NCBI GenBank assembly: GCA_035289105.1
Contig: DATDYF010000037.1
Coordinates: forward strand, 6,418 to 70,417
Origin: Candidatus Nanoarchaeia archaeon
GTDB lineage: Archaea; Nanobdellota; Nanobdellia; Woesearchaeales; JACQSR01
DNA: 64,000 nt
Direction: 5' to 3'
In this document: piece by piece, positions 9,098-18,758 of the stretch
Layout of the letters: the number at the start of each line of letters is the position of its first letter
How positions within the stretch are numbered: the first letter of the stretch is position 1
Notes under the pieces: generated by a model
The model's input: only the letters and a program-made list of their open reading frames with translations
What the model was told of the DNA's origin: nothing
Databases searched by the model: none
Made by a program: the position numbers and the translations under genes

Positions 9098-10357
9098 ATG
9101 ACACAGATTAAGGATGCCCTGAGGGAGTTTAATCCCTGGTGGGAAGGCAAGTTTAAGGTTGAGTTCAAGGAGAGAGAAATACTTTCCAAAATGGAGAAAT
9201 TCCTCAAGCTGCCCCAAATTATTGCGCTAACCGGATTAAGGAGGGTTGGAAAGACTACCCTTATGCTGAAGATTGGAGAAGAGTTCGTAAACAAGGGCCT
9301 TGAGCCAAGGAGGGTACTGTACTTTTCCTTTGATGAATTTAGAAAAACAGGCCTAAGGGAGGTTATTCAGGCATATGAAGAGATGATGGAAGCAAATGTC
9401 AGGGACGGCAAATTTTTGTTATTGCTGGATGAGGTTCAGAAACTGGATGGATGGGAGGACCAAATTAAAGGCATTTATGACTTGTACGGCAAAGGAATGA
9501 AAATCATCATATCCGGTTCGGAATCACTTTTCATCAAGAGAAAAACGAATGAAACTCTTGCGGGCAGGATATTCTCATTTAAGGTTGGTCTCCTGACGTT
9601 TAGGGAGTTCCTAATCTTTCGGGGGGCCAGATTAGAGCCAGTAGGGCTCTACGAGAGAGAGCTAAATAGGCTCCTAGAAGATTACATCATTACCCTCGGA
9701 CTCCCGGAATTAGTCCATGTTAGGGATAAGGAGATTATAAAAAAATATGTCAAGGAGGGCATTATAGACAAAGTTGTTTACAGGGATATGCAGCAGATGT
9801 TTAGAATAAAAGACATATCAAAAATAGATTCTATTCTAAATATGCTTCTTGAAGAACCGGGCCAGCTGTGGGATCTTTCTGAACTTGCAAGCGAGCTTGG
9901 AATATCACGGCAAACACTTTCCACATACCTAACTTACCTTGAGGAGTCCTTTCTTGTTAAAAAGCTATACAACTACTCAAAAAACAGGAGAAAGGTTGAA
10001 AGGAAACTAAAAAAATATTATCCAACCATAATCTCGCCTGACCTCTTATTCAGGGATGACAGCTTTTCCAAATCAAAGGTGTTTGAATGGCTGATTGTCA
10101 TGCAACTCGACCCTGATTTCTTCTGGAGGGACACATTCAAGAACGAAGTTGATATAGTCATGTTTGACAAAGAAAAAGCCATGCCGGTTGAGGTAAAATA
10201 CGGAAAAATAGAACATGGGGGGCTTTTGGCATTTGCGAAGAAGTTCAGTGTAAGTGAGGGAAAAATTGTCTCCAGGAGTTCAGAGGAAAAAAGGAAAGTC
10301 AATGGCATGGTTGTTAATGTAGTCCCGGCAGTTAAATTCTTACTTAGAAAAACCTGA
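9098..10357 (+). CDS. AAA+ superfamily ATPase (COG1373 / AAA_14-DUF4143 type)
   Basis: N-terminus 'NPWW' with Walker A 'GLRRVGKTT'. Walker B 'LLLDEVQ'. C-terminal DUF4143-like region. 419 aa. Confidence 0.8.
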   Translation: MTQIKDALREFNPWWEGKFKVEFKEREILSKMEKFLKLPQIIALTGLRRVGKTTLMLKIGEEFVNKGLEPRRVLYFSFDEFRKTGLREVIQAYEEMMEANVRDGKFLLLLDEVQKLDGWEDQIKGIYDLYGKGMKIIISGSESLFIKRKTNETLAGRIFSFKVGLLTFREFLIFRGARLEPVGLYERELNRLLEDYIITLGLPELVHVRDKEIIKKYVKEGIIDKVVYRDMQQMFRIKDISKIDSILNMLLEEPGQLWDLSELASELGISRQTLSTYLTYLEESFLVKKLYNYSKNRRKVERKLKKYYPTIISPDLLFRDDSFSKSKVFEWLIVMQLDPDFFWRDTFKNEVDIVMFDKEKAMPVEVKYGKIEHGGLLAFAKKFSVSEGKIVSRSSEEKRKVNGMVVNVVPAVKFLLRKT

Positions 10358-10361
10358 CACG

Positions 10362-11789
10362 TCATCCAGAATACTTCTTCACAACCTCCATCGCCTTCTT
10401 TCCGTCAATCTTTCCCCTGAATTTCTGCATTACAATGCCCATTAATGCGCCCTGGGATGCGCCTTTGTTTTCATCGCAGATTTTCTTTATTTCTTTCTCT
10501 ATGTCTTCTCCTGATTCCTTTGCGTATCTGCCAATGTCGAATTCTCCTTTGGCATAATCGATAAGAACATCAAATACAACGTCTTTTGAGATTTTTCCCT
10601 CATTGAGGTAGGAGAAAATTTCTTCGTATTCTTTGTCAGCAAGGCGGTTTATCTCAATTTCAAATTTCCTCTTTATTTCCTTCGGGGCAGAGATTAATGT
10701 CTCAACGATAAATGCAGGCTTTACATTCTTGTTCTTTTTTGCGATAGAGGCAAACAAGGCGAGCTTTCCAGACTTTGCAAGCAACTGCGCAAGGTCTTTT
10801 CTTATGCCAAATTCCTTCTCTATATTTTCAGCGGATTCTGCCAATGAAACGGGCTTTTCAACTTCAATCATTTCCTTTGTTACCTGAATTGGAGGAATGT
10901 CTGTTTCCGGGTACATTCGAGCAGCACCAGGCATCGGCCTCAAGAAAGATGTTGTGAAATCCGGCTCTGCCTTCCTCACTTCGTTTTGAATGCTCTTTTT
11001 TTCCCTGAGCAGTTTCTGCTGCCTCTCAACCTCAAAATCGATAACCTTTGGAATCGACCTTAAATCCTGAAATCCCTTTATTTCTGTTCTTGCGCCGCCT
11101 TTTATTGAGATATTCACGTCCTGCCTTATTGTTCCAAGGCCGCGCTTTACATTTGGGACAGAACGCAAGATCATGCCAATTGCCGATGCTGTTTCCTTTG
11201 CGTGCTCCGGGTCGACAATATCAGTTTCTGTTGCAATTTCCAGCAGAGGAATTCCAAGCCTGTCCAAGCGGTATTTTGTGAAATCTTTTGCATCCTCGAT
11301 TTTTTTAGCCGCCTCTTCTTCTAAGCATAACGATGCCACCCTCACATTGCCTTTTGATGTTTTAATATACCCATTTCTTCCGACAAGCGCAGTCCTTTGA
11401 AATGCGGATGTGTTTGAGCCGTCTATTACTATTTTTCTCATGAAGTGTATTTCATCCTCAACTTTGCAGTTCAGAAGCTTAGCGATTACCAATGCCGTGC
11501 GCAATGCCTCGGGGTTAACATTATGGGGAGGCTCTTCGTCAAACTCCACAAGGCAGGTATCTTCAGAATGGGAGTCATAAACAAATCCCTTGCCTTTTTT
11601 CATTTCATACAGTGCTGCAACATCAATTTCGCCTGTTTCTCCAGCGGACGCCCTGAGATAGCGCTCGAAACGAGTGTTAGCCTCTCTGGAGCTGTTAAGT
11701 GTATTGCAATTGCAGAATAACTTTTTTCCTTCAAGTTGCTGGTGAATTTCAAGGCCGCAACGGAAGCCGAGCTCTTTGTAGTCTTTCAT
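10362..11789 (-). CDS. gatE: Glu-tRNA(Gln) amidotransferase subunit E, compact form
   Basis: 'GLEIHQQL..KLFCNC' N-terminus. YqeY-like tail 'IDGKKAMEVVKKYSG'. Translationally coupled to gatD by a 4-nt overlap. Only 475 aa, shorter than the typical 620 aa. Confidence 0.72.
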   Translation of the reverse strand: MKDYKELGFRCGLEIHQQLEGKKLFCNCNTLNSSREANTRFERYLRASAGETGEIDVAALYEMKKGKGFVYDSHSEDTCLVEFDEEPPHNVNPEALRTALVIAKLLNCKVEDEIHFMRKIVIDGSNTSAFQRTALVGRNGYIKTSKGNVRVASLCLEEEAAKKIEDAKDFTKYRLDRLGIPLLEIATETDIVDPEHAKETASAIGMILRSVPNVKRGLGTIRQDVNISIKGGARTEIKGFQDLRSIPKVIDFEVERQQKLLREKKSIQNEVRKAEPDFTTSFLRPMPGAARMYPETDIPPIQVTKEMIEVEKPVSLAESAENIEKEFGIRKDLAQLLAKSGKLALFASIAKKNKNVKPAFIVETLISAPKEIKRKFEIEINRLADKEYEEIFSYLNEGKISKDVVFDVLIDYAKGEFDIGRYAKESGEDIEKEIKKICDENKGASQGALMGIVMQKFRGKIDGKKAMEVVKKYSG

Positions 11790-13036
11790 TCCGCACTTCT
11801 ATCTGAGATTTCTCCCCTAAGATTTTCTGCCATCAATGACGCCGCCTCTTTTTTCTTGTAATTCCCCAGAAGCCAGGCAAGCTTGATGAATGCCGTTTCA
11901 GGGAGCGTGTCTTCGCAGTATATCACGCCAGCATTAGCCAACTTCACGGCATTTGAATAAACATGCGAGTGGGTTCTGCCGTATATGCATTGGGAAGTCA
12001 TCGCAACCAAAGTGCCTGATTTTATTAAATCAATTATTCCTTCCATTATAGGCTTATTGACTTCAAGCCCAACCGGAGCGTGGCCCAGCCCTGTGCCCTC
12101 TATTACTAATCCTTTGTAGCCCTGATAGACATCAAACTGCTCCCTTTTCATGTTTGTGTGTATCTTGATTAATGCAATCTTGTCCTCCATCTTTGGATTT
12201 ATCCGCCATGCCTCAGCAGACCTTTTTTTATGCTCCCTTAGAAACTCTATCTTTCTTGTTTTGTAGTTTATCCTTGCAATGGGAATGTCGTTTACGGCCT
12301 TGAATGCGTCCCTTCTTGAGGCATGCATTTTCCTGGTCTTTGTTGGGGGCAAAATAACACAATTATTATCATCCATATTTTCATGCATGCAAATTGCAAT
12401 GCCGGCAAAATCTGTCTTTGCGACAAACTCTGCTGCGCAGATAAGATTCATTGCAGCATCCGAAGAGCCACGGTCAGAAGAGCGCTGGGCTCCGACTAAA
12501 ATTACAGGTATTGGGATTTCACACATAAATGCAAGGGCTGCTGCTGAATACCCCAAAGTATCCGTGCCATGGGTTATTATTATGCCGTCAACATTCTTTT
12601 TCAGCTCTTCCTCAACAGCATGCGCCATCTTCTGGTAATGCTCAAAGCGCATGTCATCAGACCACATCTGCGCAATAAGCTTGGAGTCCACGTTTGCAAT
12701 ATCCTTCAGCTCCGGAAACATGGAAATTATCTCTTCCGGGCTGAACCTCGCAATTACTGCGCCTGTTTCATAGTCCACCTTAGATGCAATTGTGCCGCCT
12801 GTATGGAGGATTGTTATGCTCTTTTTCGACTTTTCTCTTGCAATATGCCTTGCCTTCTCTTCAGAAACAGCTAAATGCTTTGACAGCAAGGAAATCTTCT
12901 TGATTCTGTCCTTTGATATGCCGATGTTGTAGCCGGATTTGAGCTTAAGGACAACGTTGCCCTCGCTTGGCATAAGTGTGCCTTCGATAGTTTCATCTGA
13001 TGTTTCAACCAACACCCTGTCTCCAGCCTCATGCAT
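11786..13036 (-). CDS. gatD: Glu-tRNA(Gln) amidotransferase subunit D (asparaginase-like)
   Basis: Asparaginase motif 'HTGGTIAS' and 'ITHGTDT'. 416 aa. Operon with gatE. Confidence 0.85.
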   Translation of the reverse strand: MHEAGDRVLVETSDETIEGTLMPSEGNVVLKLKSGYNIGISKDRIKKISLLSKHLAVSEEKARHIAREKSKKSITILHTGGTIASKVDYETGAVIARFSPEEIISMFPELKDIANVDSKLIAQMWSDDMRFEHYQKMAHAVEEELKKNVDGIIITHGTDTLGYSAAALAFMCEIPIPVILVGAQRSSDRGSSDAAMNLICAAEFVAKTDFAGIAICMHENMDDNNCVILPPTKTRKMHASRRDAFKAVNDIPIARINYKTRKIEFLREHKKRSAEAWRINPKMEDKIALIKIHTNMKREQFDVYQGYKGLVIEGTGLGHAPVGLEVNKPIMEGIIDLIKSGTLVAMTSQCIYGRTHSHVYSNAVKLANAGVIYCEDTLPETAFIKLAWLLGNYKKKEAASLMAENLRGEISDRSAE

Positions 13037-13384
13037 GGTTTTACCGCATGGCTGTGTTTATATAAATGTTTTGTCATTTGTCCTCAAACTCTGATGACGG
13101 ATCAGCAAAGTTTATCAGTTCCAGGCGTTCAAGCCAGTCTTCATTCTTTTTGTTCATTTTAATCACCTCGTTAAAATTTCCTAGAAACTTAGAGTTTCAG
13201 TGTGGAACAATATTTGGTCAGTGAGCAGACTATCAACAACAAGAAGCGGTATGAATCACAATCTTATTATCTGCCATGGAATAGGGTAATGTATATCTGG
13301 TATATAAACATTTGTATAGTGAAGTATTATAAGTAATGAAGGCAAGTATCGATAAATAATTTAAAGTTAGTGTAGGTTATCGTA

Positions 13385-14008
13385 TTGATGGGAGAAAAAT
13401 ACAAAAAGACTAAGGAAAATTATGATAAGGGGATAGATTGGCATATCCAAAAGAGCCTTTCTTATAGCTGGGTTACTCAAATCGATAGGTTTGTCAAGAA
13501 ATTGAAGGGGAATAGGGTATTAGATGCAGGTTGTGGTGGTGGAAGGGACATTAAAGAATTTATTAAGAGGGGCATAAAAGTTGACGGCATTGATTATTCC
13601 AGGGAAACAATTAAAAGGTGCAGAAAGGTGTTCCCTCAAGTGAAATTCTATGTTGGCGATTTAAGAAAGATGAATTTACCAAACAGAGAATACGATGGTG
13701 TTTGGGCATGCGCTTCCATCTTAAATCTTAAGAAAAAAGACATCCCTAAAGCCCTGTCTGAATTTAAGAGGGTCTTAAAGAAAGGTGGCAAATTGTTTGT
13801 TTCTGTTAAGGGGGGAAAAGGAGAAAGGCTGATAAGAGACCAGGCAGGAGAGAGATTCTTTAGTTTTTTCTCAAGCGGTGAAATAAAGGGGTTATTAGAA
13901 AAATCGGGCTTTAAGGTCGCTTATCTTGAAATTATTTCTGATGCCAAATTAAAAATGTTTGACCCCCTTAAGCCAAATTGGATATGCTTATATGCGGAGA
14001 GTTCTTAG
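13385..14008 (+). CDS. Class I SAM-dependent methyltransferase
   Basis: Motif I 'VLDAGCGGGRD'. 207 aa. Confidence 0.75.
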   Translation: MMGEKYKKTKENYDKGIDWHIQKSLSYSWVTQIDRFVKKLKGNRVLDAGCGGGRDIKEFIKRGIKVDGIDYSRETIKRCRKVFPQVKFYVGDLRKMNLPNREYDGVWACASILNLKKKDIPKALSEFKRVLKKGGKLFVSVKGGKGERLIRDQAGERFFSFFSSGEIKGLLEKSGFKVAYLEIISDAKLKMFDPLKPNWICLYAESS

Positions 14009-14011
14009 ATT

Positions 14012-15142
14012 ATGGTTTCGGTTAACAAATATTACTCATATACTGTAGGCAATCTCCCCATAGGATGCAGGCATTGCGTTAGAGGCGAAAAGCTTGTGCT
14101 TTTTGTAACCGGAAAATGCCCGAGAAGGTGCTATTTCTGCCCTGTTTCGGACAAGAAGTTCGGGCAGGATTTTGTGTTTGCGAATGAAAGGATTGCAGAA
14201 TCAGAAGGGGATGTATTGCTTGAAGCCGAGCTGATGAACGCAAAAGGCGCTGGAATTACAGGTGGAGACCCCCTGATGAGGATTGAGAGGACATTGTCTT
14301 TAATAAAGAGGCTGAAGAAGAAATACGGCAGAAAATTCCATATCCACCTTTATACGTCATTAAACCTTGTTTCCGGGGATTCATTAAAACAACTGCATAA
14401 TGCCGGACTGGATGAGATAAGGTTTCATCTTGACCTTGATTCGGATAGACTATGGCAAAGAATTCTGCTGGCAAAAAAATTTGACTGGGATGTGGGGGTA
14501 GAGCTTCCGATTGTTCCCGGCAAGGAAAAAGAGCTGAAAAGGGTTATTGATTTTATACATGATAAGGCTGATTTTTTAAACCTTAATGAGCTTGAGGTTG
14601 CAGACAACAGGCAGTCAAATCTTCTTGAAATGGGATTTATCCCAAAGGACAGATTAAGCTATGCAGTCAAGGATTCCCTGCAACTTGGGCTGAAGCTGTT
14701 AAGGTATGCAAAGAAATATGATATGAAAGTCCATCTCTGCACCGCCAAATTAAAGGATGCTGTCCAGCTGAGCAGGAGAATAAAAAGGGAATCGAAGGGT
14801 GTAAGAAGGAAGTTTGACATTGTGGACAGGGAAGGGATTCTGACAAGGGGCGCATTGTACCTGAAAGAGCTTTGCCCTGGGTTTGATTACAGGAAAAGGC
14901 TGGAGAGCATAAACAAGAAAAGACTTATCGGAAAATTAAAACCGAAACTGCAGGGCATTAAGAAAAGGCTGGGACTGAAGGATTCGGAAATACATTTGGA
15001 CGAGATAAAGCCAAGGATCTTATTATCATCAAAAAATGCAAAAAAACACAAAAGCTATCTCATGAAGCTTGGGCTTCTTCCCGCAATTGTGAAAGAATAC
15101 CCTACAGCAGACCAGCTTGAGGTCGAGGTTGAGTTTTTGTGA
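14012..15142 (+). CDS. Radical SAM domain protein
   Basis: CxxxCxxC cluster motif 'CPRRCYFC'. 376 aa. Confidence 0.75.
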   Translation: MVSVNKYYSYTVGNLPIGCRHCVRGEKLVLFVTGKCPRRCYFCPVSDKKFGQDFVFANERIAESEGDVLLEAELMNAKGAGITGGDPLMRIERTLSLIKRLKKKYGRKFHIHLYTSLNLVSGDSLKQLHNAGLDEIRFHLDLDSDRLWQRILLAKKFDWDVGVELPIVPGKEKELKRVIDFIHDKADFLNLNELEVADNRQSNLLEMGFIPKDRLSYAVKDSLQLGLKLLRYAKKYDMKVHLCTAKLKDAVQLSRRIKRESKGVRRKFDIVDREGILTRGALYLKELCPGFDYRKRLESINKKRLIGKLKPKLQGIKKRLGLKDSEIHLDEIKPRILLSSKNAKKHKSYLMKLGLLPAIVKEYPTADQLEVEVEFL

Positions 15143-15175
15143 AGCTTTTTAAGCCCAAATAAATCCGCTTATTTC

Positions 15176-16393
15176 ATGCCTGAGAATAAATCATGGGTGA
15201 ATGTGCTTCTGCTTGAGAATATTCATCCTGCCGCAATTGCTTTGTTCAGGAAAGAAGGCTACAAAATAGAAGTGGTTTCGAAAAGCCTGGACGAGGAAGA
15301 ATTAAGCAGAAGGATAAAGGATGTTTCGGTATTAGGCATAAGGTCAAAGACAGAGATTACAAAGAAAATTCTTGAGAATGCCAATAACCTCATGGCGATA
15401 GGGGCATTCTGCATAGGCACAAACCAGCTAGATTTGGATAGCTGCTCGAAAAAAGGGGTGGCTGTGTTTAATGCGCCCTACAGCAACACCAGAAGCGTCG
15501 TTGAGCTTGCAATTTCAGAGATTATAATGCTGATGAGGGGGGCCTTTGACAAAAGTGTTAAACTTCATCACGGCGTTTGGGACAAGTCAGCAGAGAACTG
15601 CCATGAAATTCGGGGAAAAAAGCTGGGGATAATCGGTTACGGCAATATTGGCACACAACTTTCAGTTCTTGCAGAATCGCTTGGCATGGAGGTTTATTAT
15701 TATGATGTTGTCGAGAAGCTTGCATTGGGAAACGCAAAGAAATGCAGCTCGATGCATGAGTTGATGAAGAAGGCGGATATTGTTACCGTGCATGTGGACG
15801 GGAGGAAAAGCAACACCAATCTGATTGGGGAAAAAGAATTCAAGCTGATGAAAGATGGCGTTATATTCCTTAATCTGAGCAGGGGCTTTGTGGTCGACAT
15901 TAAATCTCTTGCAAAACACATTAGGGACGGAAAGGTTGCAGGGGCTGCAATTGACGTTTTTCCCCATGAGCCGAAGAGCAATTCTGAGATTTTTGAATCC
16001 GAGCTGAGAGGGCTGCCAAACGTAATCCTGACGCCGCACATCGGCGGAAGCACGGAAGAGGCGCAGCACAACATAGGGGATTTTGTCGCATCAAAGGCAA
16101 TAGATTTTTTGAATAACGGGAATACTGTGTTGAGCGTCAATTTTCCCAACATACAGCTCCCGATGCTTCAGGACGCCCACCGCCTGATTCACATCCACGA
16201 TAATGTTCCCGGGGTTCTTTCCGAGATTAACGGGATGCTTGCGAAGAACAACATCAACATTCTCGGGCAATACCTTAAAACAAACGAGCAGATAGGCTAT
16301 GTCATAACCGATGTCAGCAAGGAATACGACAAAAAGGTGATCCACGACCTCAAAAATGTCAAGCACACAATAAAGTTCAGAGTTCTCTATTAA
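15176..16393 (+). CDS. serA: D-3-phosphoglycerate dehydrogenase
   Basis: 2-hydroxyacid DH NAD-binding motif 'GIIGYGNIGTQ'. Catalytic 'TPHIGGST'. C-terminal ACT-like extension. 405 aa. Confidence 0.82.
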   Translation: MPENKSWVNVLLLENIHPAAIALFRKEGYKIEVVSKSLDEEELSRRIKDVSVLGIRSKTEITKKILENANNLMAIGAFCIGTNQLDLDSCSKKGVAVFNAPYSNTRSVVELAISEIIMLMRGAFDKSVKLHHGVWDKSAENCHEIRGKKLGIIGYGNIGTQLSVLAESLGMEVYYYDVVEKLALGNAKKCSSMHELMKKADIVTVHVDGRKSNTNLIGEKEFKLMKDGVIFLNLSRGFVVDIKSLAKHIRDGKVAGAAIDVFPHEPKSNSEIFESELRGLPNVILTPHIGGSTEEAQHNIGDFVASKAIDFLNNGNTVLSVNFPNIQLPMLQDAHRLIHIHDNVPGVLSEINGMLAKNNINILGQYLKTNEQIGYVITDVSKEYDKKVIHDLKNVKHTIKFRVLY

Positions 16394-16394
16394 G

Positions 16395-17468
16395 ATGAAA
16401 AAGATATTTTTCACTCCAGGGCCAACTCAGCTTTATGATTTTGTCCCGGAAATGATTGAGGATGCCATTAGGAAAAATATTCCTTCACTCTCCCACCGAG
16501 GAAAAGAATTTGAGGAGATATTCAGGCATACTACTTCCTCCATAAAGCATTTGCTAGGCATCCCTGACAATTTTCACATTTTCTTCCTAAGCTCAGGCAC
16601 CGAGGCAATGGAAAGGGTGATTGAAAACTGCGCGGAGAAATGCAGCTTCCATTTTGTTAACGGGGCATTTTCGGAGAGGTTTTACCAGACTGCATTGGAG
16701 TTGAGAAAATCAGCAGTAAAAATTGAAGCCAAAGCTGGAAAGGGATTTGATTTTTTGAGTGTAAAGATACCTGATGAAACAGAGCTAATCTGCTTTACGC
16801 ATAATGAAACCAGCACAGGCGTTGCTATAAATATGGATGGTGTTTATAGGATTAAAAGAAAAAACCCTGAAAAGATTATTGCAGTTGATATTGTATCCTC
16901 TGCTCCTTACGTTAATATCGATTATTCCCTCATTGACTGCGCTTTTTTTTCTGTTCAGAAGGGATTTGGGATGCCTGCCGGATTAGGCGTTATTATTGTG
17001 AATGGCAGATGTATTGATAAATCCAGATGCTTAATGGAAAAAGGATGCAATATCGGGAGCTACCACAGTTTTGTTTCCCTTCTAAAGCACGCAGAGAAAA
17101 ACCAGACTCCGGAGACGCCGAACGTTCTTGGAATTTACCTGCTTGGCAAGGTTTGTGATGAGCTGAATAAGATTGGCATTGAAAAGACAAGGAAGGAAAC
17201 AGAAAAAAAGGCGGAAATGGTTTATGATTTCTTTGACAACCATCCAAAATACAAGCCTTTTGTTGAAGACGAACATCTGAGGTCAAAGACTGTGATTGCA
17301 ATAAGCACCGCAAACAGCAGCGAAGTTATAAAAACCCTTTCCAAGCAAGGTTTTATTGTGGGCTCTGGATACAAAGATTTCAAGGAAAAGCAGATAAGGA
17401 TTGCGAATTTTCCGATGCACAAGATTGAGGATGTTAATGGGTTGCTAAAGGTTCTTGGTACAATTTAG
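16395..17468 (+). CDS. serC: Class V aminotransferase, phosphoserine aminotransferase-like
   Basis: 'FTPGPT' N-terminus typical of SerC/AGXT family. Starts 2 nt after the serA stop. Confidence 0.68.
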   Translation: MKKIFFTPGPTQLYDFVPEMIEDAIRKNIPSLSHRGKEFEEIFRHTTSSIKHLLGIPDNFHIFFLSSGTEAMERVIENCAEKCSFHFVNGAFSERFYQTALELRKSAVKIEAKAGKGFDFLSVKIPDETELICFTHNETSTGVAINMDGVYRIKRKNPEKIIAVDIVSSAPYVNIDYSLIDCAFFSVQKGFGMPAGLGVIIVNGRCIDKSRCLMEKGCNIGSYHSFVSLLKHAEKNQTPETPNVLGIYLLGKVCDELNKIGIEKTRKETEKKAEMVYDFFDNHPKYKPFVEDEHLRSKTVIAISTANSSEVIKTLSKQGFIVGSGYKDFKEKQIRIANFPMHKIEDVNGLLKVLGTI

Positions 17469-17802
17469 AATATAAACTCAGCTTTGCGAAGCAAACATAA
17501 TCACGGGTGTCTCCATACTCTGCATCGGGGAAATAAGGCCCATCCGAAACCTCGACAGACCTGAAATCTTCAAACCTCCTAATTAAGTTTATATACGCCC
17601 TTAATGCCTTCAGATGAGATATGTAAGATTCCCTCAAATCTTCATGCTCTCCCGGATTAAACGAAAGCATATGCAAAACGCTAAGAAGGTCGCTTGTTAT
17701 CCCCTTAAAATTCGACTTTCCATCTACCCTATACTCTGCTTGTATCCGCTTTACAAGGTTTAAGTATCTCTTGTTCATTTTCTCAAGGATTTCATGCTGC
17801 AT
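17434..17802 (-). CDS. Hypothetical protein
   Basis: 122-aa ORF convergent with serC. No motif recognised. Confidence 0.4.
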   Translation of the reverse strand: MQHEILEKMNKRYLNLVKRIQAEYRVDGKSNFKGITSDLLSVLHMLSFNPGEHEDLRESYISHLKALRAYINLIRRFEDFRSVEVSDGPYFPDAEYGDTRDYVCFAKLSLYSKLYQEPLATH

Positions 17803-18316
17803 TTCTTGCCCTTCTTATTCTTTGATAATGCTGCCTGATTCTGTTTGCCGCGCCGCCCACAGCGCCCATGAGAAATCCTGTTGAGCGCGTTTCATGAATG
17901 TTTGTCCATTTGTTTGCAGCGTAAGTGTGAAATGAATTATAGCCATTTTTTACGGTATTTAGGAAATGGTTTCCGCCATTATATTCAACAATCTTGTCTG
18001 CCAAATCCCAGCCGACAACAGCAGCGACTGCAACCTGAATAATGCTTCTCATTGTTTCGCTTTGAACGACTTGGTTATTCTGCGCCTGCCTTCCAGCATA
18101 AACCCCTGCTACAACTGGAGCTGCCATTTCAACCATAGATTCCAACTCAGAAGATTTAGCACCAACTATTTCGGCAGCAACCCTCATGCCACCATACATC
18201 ATAGCGGTATTTGCAACAGCCCTTACCCTTGCATTATTTTGATACTGGCCTCTGCAGTATTCTGCTCCCCTTACCGCATAATCAACGCCGTGGGCAATTA
18301 ATTCTAGTATTGGCAT
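17792..18316 (-). CDS. Hypothetical protein
   Basis: 174-aa ORF. Ala/Gly-rich. No family recognised. Confidence 0.42.
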   Translation of the reverse strand: MPILELIAHGVDYAVRGAEYCRGQYQNNARVRAVANTAMMYGGMRVAAEIVGAKSSELESMVEMAAPVVAGVYAGRQAQNNQVVQSETMRSIIQVAVAAVVGWDLADKIVEYNGGNHFLNTVKNGYNSFHTYAANKWTNIHETRSTGFLMGAVGGAANRIRQHYQRIRRARNAA

Positions 18317-18426
18317 ATCTCAGGAGAAGAAGTTGCAGTTTTTAAATCTTTATATTTTAACTTCTTTATAGTGGTTACAATATATTTTAAGCATAAAGAA
18401 TAAAATTAACAAAAGAGGTGATTTGG

Positions 18427-18699
18427 ATGAAAATAACACTCAACAAGAACCAGTCCGGATTGACCCTGGGTATATTGTTCGGAGCAGGGCATTTGCTTTG
18501 GGCCATTGGCGTAGGGGCCGGCGTTGCGCAGGGTTTAGTAAACTACTGGCACAATGTTCACTTTTTGACAGACATGCACACCCTAGGGGGATTCAGTTTA
18601 GCTACATTGGCGATTGGCACAATAGGCGCGTTCATCTCAGGCTGTATAATCGGCTGGATTTTTGGGGCGCTGTGGAACTGGGTTGGGAAGAAGGTTTAG
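18427..18699 (+). CDS. Small Gly-rich integral membrane protein
   Basis: Two predicted TM helices (GILFGAGHLLWAIGVGAGVA.. and LATLAIGTIGAFISGCIIGWIFGALW). SD-like 'aagaggtga' upstream. Confidence 0.45.
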   Translation: MKITLNKNQSGLTLGILFGAGHLLWAIGVGAGVAQGLVNYWHNVHFLTDMHTLGGFSLATLAIGTIGAFISGCIIGWIFGALWNWVGKKV

Positions 18700-18758
18700 G
18701 GTCAGGATACAGAATTAAAAGAAGCAATCGTAAATTAAGTAAATAATTGCAAGTAAAA

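Noticed and set aside
8515-10440. Considered whether the three similar segments were a CRISPR array
   Set aside because: Units are 45 to 75 nt, mutually diverged and separated by 0.4 to 1.3 kb of coding cargo. They are translated gatE termini, not repeats with spacers.
13075-13165. 27-aa minus-strand ORF with SD in the gatD-methyltransferase intergenic region
   Set aside because: Too short and no conservation signal visible. The region also serves as divergent promoter space with TATA boxes at about 13059 and about 13297.
15662-16414. Minus-strand ORFs inside serA (15662-16069, 15700-16152, 16091-16414) and plus-strand ORFs inside CDC48 (19180-19896, 20035-20334, 20593-21237)
   Set aside because: They are embedded antisense within well-supported conserved genes.
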